From NCBI RefSeq assembly GCF_001194135.2, contig NC_068988.1, positions 78,297,079-78,361,078 of the forward strand: a DNA stretch of 64,000 nt. Direction: 5' to 3'. The DNA comes from Octopus bimaculoides. Its lineage: Eukaryota. Below are positions 36,520 through 49,459 of the stretch, piece by piece. Position 1 is the first letter of the stretch. Each line of letters begins with the position of its first letter. The notes under the pieces are model-generated. The model did not search any database. It was not told where the DNA came from and saw only the letters and a list, made by a program, of their open reading frames with translations. Both the position numbers and the translations under genes were made by a program.

Positions 36520-37870
36520 ACCATCATCCTTTAAATCTTAAGAAGACCTTGCAGATTTTTATAGTCTCAAATATTGTGATTGTTTGTAGCGTATGAATTA
36601 AGGATTTGCATTCTCTCCCCAAGATCCCTGGTTCAGCTGTACTTTGCTCCAGATGGGTTGGTATGTAACCTTTTGTTCCAGTAATAATAGGTATGAAGCT
36701 GAAAGTGTGCCTTGGGTACTGGATTTGCAATGGTCCTTATCAATGGTCCATAAATGTCCTCTTTCTCTTGTATTTTTCTAATCACATTGGTGTCCAGAGG
36801 GCAGCTAATTTCCATAAAATAACGTATCTTCTTGCGATCACACGCAGCAATATCTGTCTGGTTGCCTTTTAACTTGGTGGCTGTTTTAATTTTTAAGTTC
36901 CATCAGTGTTCTTTTAACCCATCAGTCTCAATATGGTCGACTTCATCTGTTGGGGTTTTCCTTTTTTTTTTTTTTTTTTTTTTGTTATACTGTTCTGACC
37001 ACTGCATCATGCCTCATGGAAAGATAATATCTGGAAGACATTCTCTTGCAGTTGGTTATAATGTGGTTGATTCTTCAGTCTTGCACAGCTTATATTTGTT
37101 GTCTGTCAACCTTTTCAGCTTCTATGCTGTAGGTACTTGATGAGGATCTTGTTCTTGAATTGCATAGAGGTAGCCTTTGAAGTGGAATGTTATAAATTTG
37201 TTGGTACTCCTTGTGAAGCTTTTGACATGGTGAATCCCTTCTATGGTTTGTGTTTTACATCCCAAGTACCTGTGTACTATCTTCTTATTGAGCTGGTTCA
37301 TTTTTTTTTACTGTTTTTCTGATGAATAGATTTTATTAATGTTCTTTGGAGAGGGGTCTGCATCAGCTCCTGTTTCATACCTCTCCTCAAGTTCATTAAC
37401 TAATCTAATTATGTTTCAGCTATTCTAATTTTTGTTGTTGATTTCATGGTCACAAACATGGATAAGATAGTTACTGGTCTCTTTTTTTCTACTGCAAATA
37501 TTATTTCAATTTTATAATGTGCTTTATATGACATCAATACAGATTTGAGACCATTGCCACCATCTTTGCTTGGGAAGTATAGCTTGTTTACATTTCCATT
37601 GTTGTTGAAGTTTCCTGTAACACTAGGCAGCTTGCAAGTTTGAACATCAATCTTGTTCAGTTTTTTTGTCGTGACCAGTTCCAAAGGCTAAAGAGATATG
37701 AGGACAGGCACTGCAAAGCTGTTGTGGGCCATATGCTTGTTGTAAGCTGAGAATTCTGATGACTGTATTCTCTTTACTACTCTGATGTATTCATTTCTGG
37801 TCCTCTCCTTCTTTATGGGTCCATCTTCTCATCTTGTCCAAAATACCTACAATTGTCACCTGAAGATAGA
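36520..37870 (-). mobile_element. R4/Dong-like RLE non-LTR retrotransposon 3' relic
   Basis: Minus strand SAYNKHMAHNSFAVPVL, IDVQTCKL...NKLYFPSKDGGNGL, HFKGYLYAIQEQ, RYYLTMRHDAVV and YPRHTFSFIPIITGTKGYIP; broken by frameshifts. Confidence 0.7.
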
Positions 37871-37949
37871 GGTTGTATTGTTAATCCATTCATTTATAAA
37901 TGAGTAACAAAGATGTACAGGTGTTAATTCATTACGACGATTTAAACCG

Positions 37950-38295
37950 ACTTCTTTAACTGATTAATGAAAACATTCTATTTGAAAGAAACCGTTCTCA
38001 TCAGATGACTGCATTAACTTCAAACATATAGGATACAACCATTTCCTTAACATATTCGCATCAATAATGGAACTCAAAATATTTACATTGTTTCCTCTGT
38101 CATATCTGTGGAAGAATGGGACCCATTCTGCTACAGATAAGGCAAGAAAAACAATGTAAATATTTTGAGTTCCTTTATTGATGTGAATATGTTAAGGAAA
38201 TGGTTGTATCCTATATGTTTGAAGTCTATGCAGTCATCTGACGAGAACAGTTCCTTTCAAATGGCATAAGGTTTTCATTAATCAATTAAAGAAGT
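37950..38295. repeat. About 345-bp near-perfect palindrome
   Basis: Centre AGAATGGG-A-CCCATTCT at 38121; arms of about 170 bp are reverse complements; each arm carries CTGA(T/C)GAGAAC facing outward. Confidence 0.85.
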
Positions 38296-38525
38296 GCCAC
38301 CTGAGCATGACTAATGCCAGTTCCACCTGACTGGCTCCCGTGTCAGTGGCATGTAAAAAGCATCCACTACACTCTCGAAGTGGTTGGTGTTAGGATGGGC
38401 ATCCAGCTGTAGAAACCTTACCAAATCGGATTGGTGTCTGGTGCAGCCTCCTGGCTTACCAGTCCTCAGTCAAACCATCCAACCCATGCCAGCATGGAAA
38501 GTGGACATTAAATGATGATGATAAT
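38296..38525 (+). repeat. RTE-tail SINE-like repeat
   Basis: tggcatgtaaaagcatccactacactctcgaagtgg...ccaacccatgccagcatggaaagtggacattaaatgatgatg. Confidence 0.8.
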
Positions 38526-38869
38526 GATATATGTATGTGTGTGTGTGTGTGTGTATATGTATATGTGTGTATGTATGTTTGTGCATGTATGTGTGTGTGT
38601 GTGTATGTGCATATATATTTGTATATGCATGTATATACACTCATGCACAATTATCAGCACTCATGTCGAAAATGGGCTTTTATTGAATTTCTTGCTAATA
38701 GTAGTGTCTACACAGATAACTTTTGGTCAGTGTCAGTACAATTGTTTAAGGAATACCAAACAAAAGTTAAATTTACAAAACAGTATATTTTTAATGATGA
38801 AAACAGGAAAACAAAATAATTGGATGATTCAAAATTGCTGGCACCTCTACAACATTTGATGACTAACAA

Positions 38870-39800
38870 TCAGTTGTATAGTCTTTATTCTTAATACCTT
38901 CAATCTGTGAGGGTAGTCTCAGTTATCACCAGGCACAGATCAGAAGGAATTTTAACCCATTCTTCAGTCACATACTCTTCCAGCTCCTTCAGATTAGATG
39001 GCTTTTTTTCTATCACCTTTTTCTTTAACTCTCATTGAACATTTTCTATTTGGTTTAAGATAGGACTTTGTGCTGGCCAAGGGAGTACATCTATCTTGTT
39101 TTCTTTCAGCCAATTTTGGATTAAAAGTGACATATTCTCCGGATTATTGTTCTGCATGAAAGTCCAATTCATTGTTCCTTCAATTTGAATTAATTTTTCC
39201 GGTGCCTTTAGCATAAAAATAGCTCCACAACATTATGCTGCCTCCATCATGTTTGATGGTAGGATTGACATTCTTCACATTGTAGGCTTCTCCTCTTTCT
39301 CTCCAAACAGTAGCTCGACTGTTGTGACTGAATAACTCAAGTTTAGACCACAGAACAGATTGCCAAAATCATTCAAGCTTCTTCAGAAAGTCCCTTGTAA
39401 ACTTCAAATGAGCAGTTAAGTGCTTCTTCAACAATGATAGCATGTCTTCAAGCCACCAATCAATATCAAAGTTCGAGTAATTGTTGACCTTGACATGAAC
39501 TCCTATAGCTGTCAAATTGGCTTTCATCAATGCAGTTGTTATCTTACAATCATTGTTCTGCAGAGATCTATTTTCCGCATCCATTCTCATTTACCAACAA
39601 ATTGGTTGATGCTTCATTATTATGTTGTGAACAGTTGATCTAGCCATATTGAAATTTTTAGATATTGTCTCATACCCATCTTTAGCAGCATGAGCATCAA
39701 CAATCTTCTTTGAGTCAGAACTGTGCTACTGCACCTTCACCATGAAATTGCAGATAGAATAGTTTGAAGGCCAAAAGAAGGTTGCAAAAAGATTGTGCAA
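38870..39800 (-). mobile_element. Tc1-type transposase relic
   Basis: Minus strand WTFMQNNNPE...NWLKENKIDVLPWPAQSPILNQIENVQ, corresponding to the Tc1 QQDNDPKH...WPSQSPDLNPIENLW motif; upstream HTH remnants at 39369-39590. Confidence 0.8.
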
Positions 39801-39939
39801 TTGATGTCATGTAGACTTACTACACATTATTCTAGAAGTTTGTTTTTTAGAACTTTATGATGATGTAACCTCTATTATTCAACACATTCTCATGTTGTGG
39901 CCCAAACTGGTGTTTTTTGCATCATATATACATGTGTGT

Positions 39940-41230
39940 GTGTGTGTGCAATGGGTAAATTGTTGTAATTTTATATTTTTAATTTCACGCATTATTTGTT
40001 TTTGATTTTGTCGACTACACACTATAGTAGGGTCATTTGGGCTCTGCCTGTGAGAAAATCAGCACCATAAAACAATTCACTCTGCCAGAAATTTGGAAAC
40101 AACATGCTGTACTACTTGGCATTCACACCGGAAGCTCCAATATGAGTATTTCAGAGTGCTTGGGTATCAATCTCAGGAAAGTGCAATCTGAGGATATGTA
40201 CCGAGAGTGATAAAAATCAAACATCCAGTCAACATCATGGTGTTTGGAGTGATCACTAGTGATGGTGACGTTATGCCTTCATCTTTCTTTCTACACGGCC
40301 TCAGACTCAACATGGAGGCCTACATCAAGTTCCTGGAAGTGGTAGTGCTGCCCTAGGTCAAGAGGATGGCTGCTGGAAGACCCTATGTCTAGCAACAGGA
40401 CTCTGCACTGTGCTACACAAGCAGGAGAACCCAATCATGGCTGTGAGACAATTTTTGTGACCACATCATCCTTAACATCTGGCCACCTAACTCCCCAGAC
40501 AGCAACCCCCTTGATTATTATGTGTGGGGTGCAGTTGAGCGAGAGACCAAGAAAACACCTTGTAATACCAAAGACGAACTGAAGGCAAGGATTATGGCAG
40601 CATTCACCAACTTAAACAAGGAGACTGTCCAGATGATTTGCAGAAGATTCCGAAGTTGTCTGGAGGCTGTGGTTGAAGCCAATGGCGATTTCAATAAATA
40701 AATTTACTCTTTAGGCGTAGGAGTGGCTGTGTGGTAAGTAGCTTGCTTGCCAACCACATGGTTTTGGGTTCAGTCCCACTGCGTGGCACCTTGGGCAAGT
40801 GTCTTCTACTATAGCCTCAGGCCGACCAAAGCTTTGTGAGTGGATTTGATAGAATGAAACTGAAAGAAGCCCGTCGTATATATGTATATATATATGAGAG
40901 TGTGTATATGTTTGCGTGTCTGTGTTTGTACCGCCAACATCGCTTGACAACCGTTGTTGGTGTGTTTACATCCCCATAACTTAGTGGTTCGGCAAAAGAG
41001 ACCGATAGAATAAGTACTAGGATTACAAAGAATAAGTCCTGGGGGTCGATTTGCTTGATTAAAGGTGGTGCTCCAGCATGGCCGCAGTCAAATGACTGAA
41101 AGAAGTAAATGAATAAAAGAAAAAGAAGAATTTAATATTTCAAGATATTTTTATGTAATTTTGGTAAATATATCTGTTAAAATGAGATGTCAGTGTTATT
41201 TTCAATTTTGCGTAATTTATATACCCTATA
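39940..41230 (+). mobile_element. Internally deleted DD37D (maT) Tc1/mariner element interrupted by a SINE
   Basis: HPVNIMVFGVITSDGDVMP...QQDSALCYT...WPPNSPDSNPLDYYVWGAVERE with 37 residues between the second and third D; two in-frame stops; 3' end resumes after the SINE at about 41130. Confidence 0.85.
40713..41120 (+). repeat. Full-length tRNA-derived SINE with CORE-like segment
   Basis: GGCGTAGGAGTGGCTGTGTGGTAAG (A box) ... GGTTCAGTCCC (B box) ... caccttgggcaagtg, central (TA/TG)n, 3' A-rich tail. Confidence 0.9.
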
Positions 41231-42149
41231 TATGTGTATATACATCTATCTGTCTGCCTGTCTGTCTGTCTATCTATCTATCTATNNNNNNNNNNNNNNN
41301 NNNNNNNNNNNNNNNNNNNNNNNNNNNNNNNNNNNNNNNNNNNNNNNNNNNNNNNNNNNNNNNNNNNNNNNNNNNNNNNNNNNNNNNNNNNNNNNNNNNN
41401 NNNNNNNNNNNNNNNNNNNNNNNNNNNNNNNNNNNNNNNNNNNNNNNNNNNNNNNNNNNNNNNNNNNNNNNNNNNNNNNNNNNNNNNNNNNNNNNNNNNN
41501 NNNNNNNNNNNNNNNNNNNNNNNNNNNNNNNNNNNNNNNNNNNNNNNNNNNNNNNNNNNNNNNNNNNNNNNNNNNNNNNNNNNNNNNNNNNNNNNNNNNN
41601 NNNNNNNNNNNNNNNNNNNNNNNNNNNNNNNNNNNNNNNNNNNNNNNNNNNNNNNNNNNNNNNNNNNNNNNNNNNNNNNNNNNNNNNNNNNNNNNNNNNN
41701 NNNNNNNNNNNNNNNNNNNNNNNNNNNNNNNNNNNNNNNNNNNNNNNNNNNNNNNNNNNNNNNNNNNNNNNNNNNNNNNNNNNNNNNNNNNNNNNNNNNN
41801 NNNNNNNNNNNNNNNNNNNNNNNNNNNNNNNNNNNNNNNNNNNNNNNNNNNNNNNNNNNNNNNNNNNNNNNNNNNNNNNNNNNNNNNNNNNNNNNNNNNN
41901 NNNNNNNNNNNNNNNNNNNNNNNNNNNNNNNNNNNNNNNNNNNNNNNNNNNNNNNNNNNNNNNNNNNNNNNNNNNNNNNNNNNNNNNNNNNNNNNNNNNN
42001 NNNNNNNNNNNNNNNNNNNNNNNNNNNNNNNNNNNNNNNNNNNNNNNNNNNNNNNNNNNNNNNNNNNNNNNNNNNNNNNNNNNNNNNNNNNNNNNNNNNN
42101 NNNNNNNNNNNNNNNNNNNNNNNNNNNNNNNNNNNNNNNNNNNNNNNNN

Positions 42150-42212
<63 letters not shown>

Positions 42213-45200
42213 GCGTGTATGTATGCATACATACATATATGTATGTGTGTGTGTATGTATGTATACATATATATGTATATATATTTAACATGTATACATG
42301 TATGTTAAATCTATATGTGAGTGTGTCTGTGTAATACAGGTGAATAAGTTGTAACATTGCCTGCAAGATTCAAATGCAGCATCTGTAAACTATGCTAAGC
42401 ACTGCAGTAAACAATATATGTGTCATTCACTGTAAATTTGCATTAGGTTAAACATTGTTCTTATTTGCATCAGCCAATATTTCATCAAATCTATTTAATT
42501 TAGATTTTTGGTGTAAGTCAGTGTGAACAGCTGACACATCTATAGATGAAACTGTGTTGTATCTCTCTCTACCTCCTACACTTTACTGTCTTACATCACC
42601 AAAATTATAAGATATATTTATCTTTCAGAACAAAACAACCATTTCAACATACTTTGATTATCTCAACTGTAGCAGCATATTTACTGTAATTCTCAGCTTG
42701 AAATCTAACCTGTGTTCTTGTTACATTTCCTGCTAGTCTTTTGTTTGTACCTCATATCATCATCATCATTTAACATCCATGTTCCAGCTGGCATGAGCTG
42801 GATAATTTGACAGGATTCGTTGAGTCTGAGGACTGCATTGTGATCAAGTGTCTACTTTGGCAGGGTTTACTATAGTAGGGTGCCTTTATTAATGCCTACA
42901 CTTTTCCGTATATGAACTGTAAATGGTCTTTCTATTCTTCCAGTCTTTCATTTGCAATTTAGAATATCTCATTCTTCTACTCCTTACAAAAAAAATGTAT
43001 ACCATGTTTCACTTTCTGTTGGGAAATATGTTACATTGATATCTAACCTCCTCAAAACATAATTTAACACTTACTCTTTTGCACCTCCCAGCCAGTTTCA
43101 TCTTTCTAAAATTCTTTGTATGCATTTGTATTTTTATTTAATTTTACACTGCCTGTTACCTAAGTACATTTCTCTTAAGAATCTGTGTTTAACATTATCT
43201 CATAATCTTTCAGACTATTTAATGTGTCTTCTTTTCTCTGTCTGATATGATACTGAAACAAAGAATTACAGGTTTATTGTTTAACTTCACACTTCTCTGA
43301 CTCTTCTGCAATTTCTTGTTGCACAGAATGTAAATGAATTAAAGAGAAGCACATTCATTACAATAAATTTTGCTTACTGTATCATGTGTTTTTGGCTCCA
43401 ATGTTAGTCTCTCTGGTTGGATATTTAATAGATGACCACCTGGTTGATTGGTTTCTTAAGATTGATGTTAGAAATAACCTACCAATTTGAACCAATTCAA
43501 ACTGCAAATATCATGGACATTTGGTGTTGTCTTGTTCCTTAGTGACACTGTTGCACTGTCTCTGTCAACTATAACTTCAGACCAACATCACTGGCTTTTC
43601 ACAGAATGGTGCTTATAATCAGTCACAATACCTGGCTTATACTTGATTCTCTATGAACCTTCGATATTTTCAGTTTGCTTGCTGAATTCATCAGTTCATT
43701 TGTTCATATATTGTCTTCAGTATCAATAATATTAATATGCCAACTTGTTTTTTTTGTACGTACCTGTGGTATGTGTCACACTTACTTCAAAAGAAGAAGT
43801 GAGTGGCAAAGCGAGAGAGAAGAGAACAGAGGGAATAAGAGAGAGTGAAAGAGACGGTGAGTGGTGACAGTGTTCGTTTTGTGTTTATAAATGTTTCAGA
43901 GAAGAAGTAAAAGACATAGAGAGAGTGAAAGAGACAGTGAGTGGTGACAATGTTTAGTTTGTGTTTTTAAATGTTTATCACATCGCAAGAAAAGTAGATA
44001 CATTGATAGAAAGAAAAGTTGATACAAAGATACATACACACATTGTTAAATTAAAAGCGGGAGAGATGCAGGAAGTGAAAGGGAAAGAGAAAAAGTGAGA
44101 GAGACAGTAGATACATAGATTGAAAGAAAAGTTGATACATAGACACAGCAAATATTGAATGTCACTTTCACTTTTCATTACCACACGAGGATAAAATTAA
44201 CTCGCAAGTAGCTGCATACTTCACAGACATGCATATTATTAACGTAGTTCTCAGAGAGATTCAGCCTCACACAGAATATGACAAGGCTGGCCCCTTTGAA
44301 TTACAGCTACAAATCATTTTGACCAACTGAGTAGACTAGAACAAGACAAACCTTCAAGTGGTTGGAAGAAAGCGAAAAAGATCCCATATAGGAGCAGGGA
44401 AATCTTTTTAGTCATTAGGGTCGCTATGAGTGTTAATCTGGTCCTAACAGCAACATTTGTGGGTCTCACAGATCTGGAGGTCAAGCTCCCAAATAAACAT
44501 TGATGCACAGGCTGTTTTTATCAAACTGAGCATGAGTCGAGGGTGAATACATGAGGGGATAGTAATTATTTCATCTTAGTTTTCACTGCTTATACTAAAC
44601 ACNNNNNNNNNNNNNNNNNNNNNNNNNNNNNNNNNNNNNNNNNNNNNNNNNNNNNNNNNNNNNNNNNNNNNNNNNNNNNNNNNNNNNNNNNNNNNNNNNN
44701 NNNNNNNNNNNNNNNNNNNNNNNNNNNNNNNNNNNNNNNNNNNNNNNNNNNNNNNNNNNNNNNNNNNNNNNNNNNNNNNNNNNNNNNNNNNNNNNNNNNN
44801 NNNNNNNNNNNNNNNNNNNNNNNNNNNNNNNNNNNNNNNNNNNNNNNNNNNNNNNNNNNNNNNNNNNNNNNNNNNNNNNNNNNNNNNNNNNNNNNNNNNN
44901 NNNNNNNNNNNNNNNNNNNNNNNNNNNNNNNNNNNNNNNNNNNNNNNNNNNNNNNNNNNNNNNNNNNNNNNNNNNNNNNNNNNNNNNNNNNNNNNNNNNN
45001 NNNNNNNNNNNNNNNNNNNNNNNNNNNNNNNNNNNNNNNNNNNNNNNNNNNNNNNNNNNNNNNNNNNNNNNNNNNNNNNNNNNNNNNNNNNNNNNNNNNN
45101 NNNNNNNNNNNNNNNNNNNNNNNNNNNNNNNNNNNNNNNNNNNNNNNNNNNNNNNNNNNNNNNNNCTCGCTTCTTTATTTTTATCAATGAAGAAGAGGGA

Positions 45201-45589
45201 AAGACATTTAGTTATGAATAGAGAGAAAGTCTTTCAGGTGTTTACATTTTTATTCTGGGAGTTCTAGAACAATCAAATATTAGTTCTCTCTTCTTTCCCC
45301 CACCCTTGGTACTTATTCGCCTTCTTTCATAGTTTTTTATGTCTTTTAGTTGGGGGGAAAGACCATGTTTTTTTTTTTTTCAGGTTCGTTTAACATTTTC
45401 TCTACAACCTACAAACAAGCCCCACTCCCTTCCTTTTTTTTTTTTTCATACAAAAACTAATGCAAATTTCAAACAGGGTATAGCTGTGAGAAAAGCCCAG
45501 AAAATTGGTTAATAGCACCCTACAAAATGGGTAGGGGAGAAAAGTTGCCAACTGGTGGCTATACGAAATTCAACTCTATACCTTAAAGA

Positions 45590-45920
45590 ATGTTTTCTAC
45601 TATAGCCTTGGGCCGACCAAAGCCTCGTGAGTGAATTTGGTAGATGGAAACTGAAAGAAACCTGTCATATATATATGTATGTATGTGTGTATATATTATA
45701 TTTTTTAGTGTGTGTGTTTGAGTGTGTATTTGTCCTACCACCACCATTATTTGACAACTGATGTTAGTGTGTTTGCGTCCCTGTAACTTAGCTGTTTGGC
45801 AGAAGAGACTGATAGAATAAGCACCAGGCTTACAGAGAATAAGTTCAGGGGTCGACTTCTTTGACTAAAGAGCGGTGCTCCAGCATGGCCACCATCAAAT
45901 AACTGAAACAAATAAAAGAA
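45590..45920 (+). repeat. 5'-truncated copy of the 40713 SINE family
   Basis: ttctactatagccttgggccgaccaaagcc...ggggtcgacttc...gcggtgctccagcatggcc...gaaacaaataaaagaata. Confidence 0.8.
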
Positions 45921-46599
45921 TACCAGATGAACGTTCTGTAATACTGAACTAAGAATGTTCTTTGAATATGTACAATGTATTTTAAGACTAAATAGTAATT
46001 CTGTTTACATTTGCATAACTGAGATATTTTGGATGGATTATATAGCTATCAATTTTACTCTTCTTTCTGTATTCTGTAACTGTCACAATATAGAAACACT
46101 TCTCATGGCACCAACAACAATTTACAGATGCTTACTTTTTTTATTTCCATGAATTTTTCACAGGTCCAGCTAGTTTATATGATTATATGAAGTATTTAAA
46201 TTACTCCATTCCTGAGATACTAAATTGCCAAGATATTCAGGCCTCATCCTAGTTTGAAATAAAGACTATGAGTAAGAACAACTTGCCACTATAGCAGTAT
46301 TGACTATATCTTAGAACAGTCCAGCAGACTGACTTACAGGAAGAGGAAGTCTTTGGAGGTATCCTTAGGGTCTATCACAGGAAGTCTATTCTGGTACCAC
46401 CTTGAGAGAATATGTTCTGAGACATGCAATTACTACTTGGACACTGTCTATTTTCCACTTTATTATCTTAGTAGATAAAACTTAATCTATGCTCCCTTCC
46501 CCTCTCTCCCTCTTATTTCATCTGATTCTTCCAGTCGTTCCTACTATCTTAGATAAACTATGCCAAAATTAATTTTTGATTTTAGAAAATATTACCTAG

Positions 46600-47040
46600 T
46601 ACTAAATCATGATTTAATATCTATATTCCATGCTAGCATTGGTTAGATGATTTAACAATATCCGACAGGTCCAAAAACTGCATCATATTCCTATGGCAAC
46701 ATTCACATGGTTTCTATGACTCAGCCATTTTACAATATGTACTGGGTGCTTTTTCTATGCACTCACACTTGTGAGGTTGCTATGCAGCTAGAATGACTTA
46801 AGATCCTCTTTGAGCGAGTGGAACTTCAGTATGCTAGGAGATGAGAAGTTAAAGTATGAGAGAAAGTGGCTAGAACAGAACACATCTCTTGCTGTAGGGG
46901 AGCAGCATGACTACTCCCATTTCAGAAAAGTGGATGGGAGTTAGAGATAACAATAGTGTTGATGAAGTACCAGGGTTGGCCCTTAAAATGTATGTAGTAA
47001 GTAGAAGTGAGTGGAGAAAAGAGAACACGGTTACAGGTAC
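46600..47040 (-). repeat. Decayed RTE-derived repeat
   Basis: ccatgctagcattggttagatg... tail followed by a purine-rich segment shared with 49700-50450. Confidence 0.45.
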
Positions 47041-47394
47041 AACCTAGCTGTTCTGTCATTCTAAAGGAAAAAGAAAATATAAATTATTTCTTTACCCTAA
47101 GTAGTATCACCAAAATGTAGCTGAGTCTTAATACATCAAGGAAACATTTTTTGTACAGTTTTTGATACATCACCAACATTTATTTTTTGTGCGAGTTGAA
47201 ACACTGACTCATTTAAGTGGATGAGTCAAGACAGAGAATCAATCAGGTTTGAGAATGAGTCAAGATGATGGAGGAGTTTTGTTGGTGAATGAATCAAATT
47301 AGTGAATCCTATTTGTTTCATTTATGGAATAAATCACAACCTTTTGCCTTAAAGAAAAAAAGATACATTAGGTAATGTCATTATCATCATCATT

Positions 47395-47750
47395 ATTTTA
47401 AAGTCCACTTTTCCATGCTTGTGTGGAGCAGATGACATTTATTGAGGCAGATTTTCTATGGTTAGATTCCCTTTCTCTCACCAACCCTTACCTGTTTTCA
47501 AGCATAGTTACATCTCCATAGACATGTTTTTGCAGAATATTAGAAATGAATGACACTCATTTACAGCAGTCACACAATTTCAAGACAAGGAGACACAAAT
47601 GTACATAGATATGACAGACTTCTTTTAGTTTCTGTCTACTTTCAGTTTCAATCTACTCACAAGGCTTTGATTTGCACAGGTGCTACACAGTGAGACTGAA
47701 TTAAAAACCATGTGGTTGGGAGGCAAACTTCTTAACCACGCCTGCATCTA
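47395..47750 (-). repeat. Composite SINE (tRNA/CORE head, RTE-type tail), antisense
   Basis: tccacttttccatgcttg...agtttctgtctac...aaaccatgtggttgggaggcaaacttcttaaccac; related copies at 59340-59510 and 60715-60840. Confidence 0.65.
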
Positions 47751-47901
47751 TATAATGTAGCCCTGAATATGCACAATTACAGGCTGATCAATTTTGATCT
47801 TTAATCCTAAGTCTGGAGCAAAACAATTGTCATAATAACAATCTCATATGTACTAATATTGTAATAAAGTGAATTATAGTGGTTCTGTATATTTCTTACA
47901 G

Positions 47902-47989
47902 CTGTACAAAACTGACCCATGTAAAAATCCGCTTCCTCATCATCATCATCATCATAACTACTGTCAACATTTTGTTTTACTAAGAAAAA
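47902..47989 (+). CDS. Possible next PLXDC exon after the PSI domain (unconfirmed)
   Basis: atttcttacag acceptor; phase-0 reading LYKTDPCKNPLPHHHHHHNYCQHFVLLRK has a Cys near the expected post-PSI position; possible A|gtatgg donor. No strong homology seen. Confidence 0.25.
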
Positions 47990-49459
47990 GTATGGCCACG
48001 TTTTTGTCTCCCTAGCCAGTTATTTTTGTGTGGTGAATATCAACAGTTTTGAGAAAGGCGAAACCGCAAATCAATTTTAATTCTCTGTTGAAGTTTTTGT
48101 CTTTTAAATTTATTTATTTATTAAGGAATATCATCTTTATTTTTTTGTAAACATCTGCTTTTTTTTATTTTTTTGGGTGGGGGGGACATTAAAAACCATT
48201 TTCTTGTTTCAAGGTATTTTTGTTGTTATTTTAGCTAAACACCTGCTCAAGTATGTTTTCGAAGGATGTCATTCAAGCACAGTATCTATAGGCTTAGAAA
48301 TGGAAAACCATGGGTAAAATAGGTTCCTCTTCAGAATGTCTTGTTTAGCTCTTTTTTTTTTCTTTTTTTTTCCAACTCTAGTCAAGCTATTGTAATGCTT
48401 TCAACTGAATTGGCTTTACATTGTTTAATTCTGTCTCTTTGATTTCTCTACCAAAGAAAATTCTAGTGATGATTTCTCAGTGAAACTCCTCCCTCCCTAA
48501 AATAACAAAAGTGAATGCTGACTAACAAACAATTAGCATCTTGTTAGATAAAGGCTCTGGAAATGTCATTGGCCTGCTTTATATATGCATCTTCTCCTCA
48601 CAAAATATGTTGCATGTTCTGTTTTTATTTATTTATTTATTTTTCATTTTTCTTTTTCTTTTTTGTTGTTGTTTTGCACTTCTTTTAGTTTTTAGAACTG
48701 AATTCTTCTCTGATCTTTTTAGGTTGGAATTCTTTGTAATTCTTGAATTACAGAGTATTTAGATAATAATTTATTTTCTTGTCATCACCACACTTTCATA
48801 TAAAGTTTGCCTAAGTTTATGAATTAACGCTTTTTATTTCCTCCTGCTTTCCTTCATTCTCTCCCGTTTATCTCAAATACTGACTCAGCAATTGTCTAGA
48901 ATTGGTAAATATTTTCTCATTTCCCCCCACATTATCCTACCATCTTGACTGTCTCCCTTCATTCTATGAAAACCTAATTAATTTTTGGTCTGTTATATTT
49001 CTGATTCCACCTGGGTTGTTTGATAATACTAGTTTCATTACATATTTAGATAATTATCTTTAGATGTAATAATAATTGGGAGCATTTCATTATGTTTGGA
49101 TTACATCGAAATTTCTACCTAAAACCTGTATACATTGTGTGTGTGTGTGTGTGTGTAGATGGCACTCATATACATTTAATAAGCATGTATTCAGTATTAC
49201 TGTGCAGATATCATGGGTAAATGATAAGATAACATAAATAAACAAACAGATGCTTCATTAATTAGGAAAGAAGATCAGTTTGTCTATTTCTGTCCTTTTC
49301 TGTATTGCCCAAGTAACAAAGAATATATCTTATGTCTCTCAGTAAACAAACTATTACTAGCGTGATGTTTATAAAACATGTATATGTTTTTAATTCTAGA
49401 GACTGTCAACCTTCTACCATTATGTAAATATGTTTATGTTAGCAGTAGATGATGAGTTA

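Noticed and set aside
41161-42366. Long 328-375 aa ORFs in the ORF track
   Set aside because: They consist of N-gap X residues and (TA)n/(TG)n microsatellite translations. The same applies to ORFs at 16.3-16.7, 27.5-28.0, 44.6-45.2, 58.9-59.1 and 63.3-63.7 kb.
43327-43407. Candidate exon after a strong acceptor (tttcttgttgcacag)
   Set aside because: The frame required by the PSI exon reaches a stop with no plausible donor and no PLXDC similarity.
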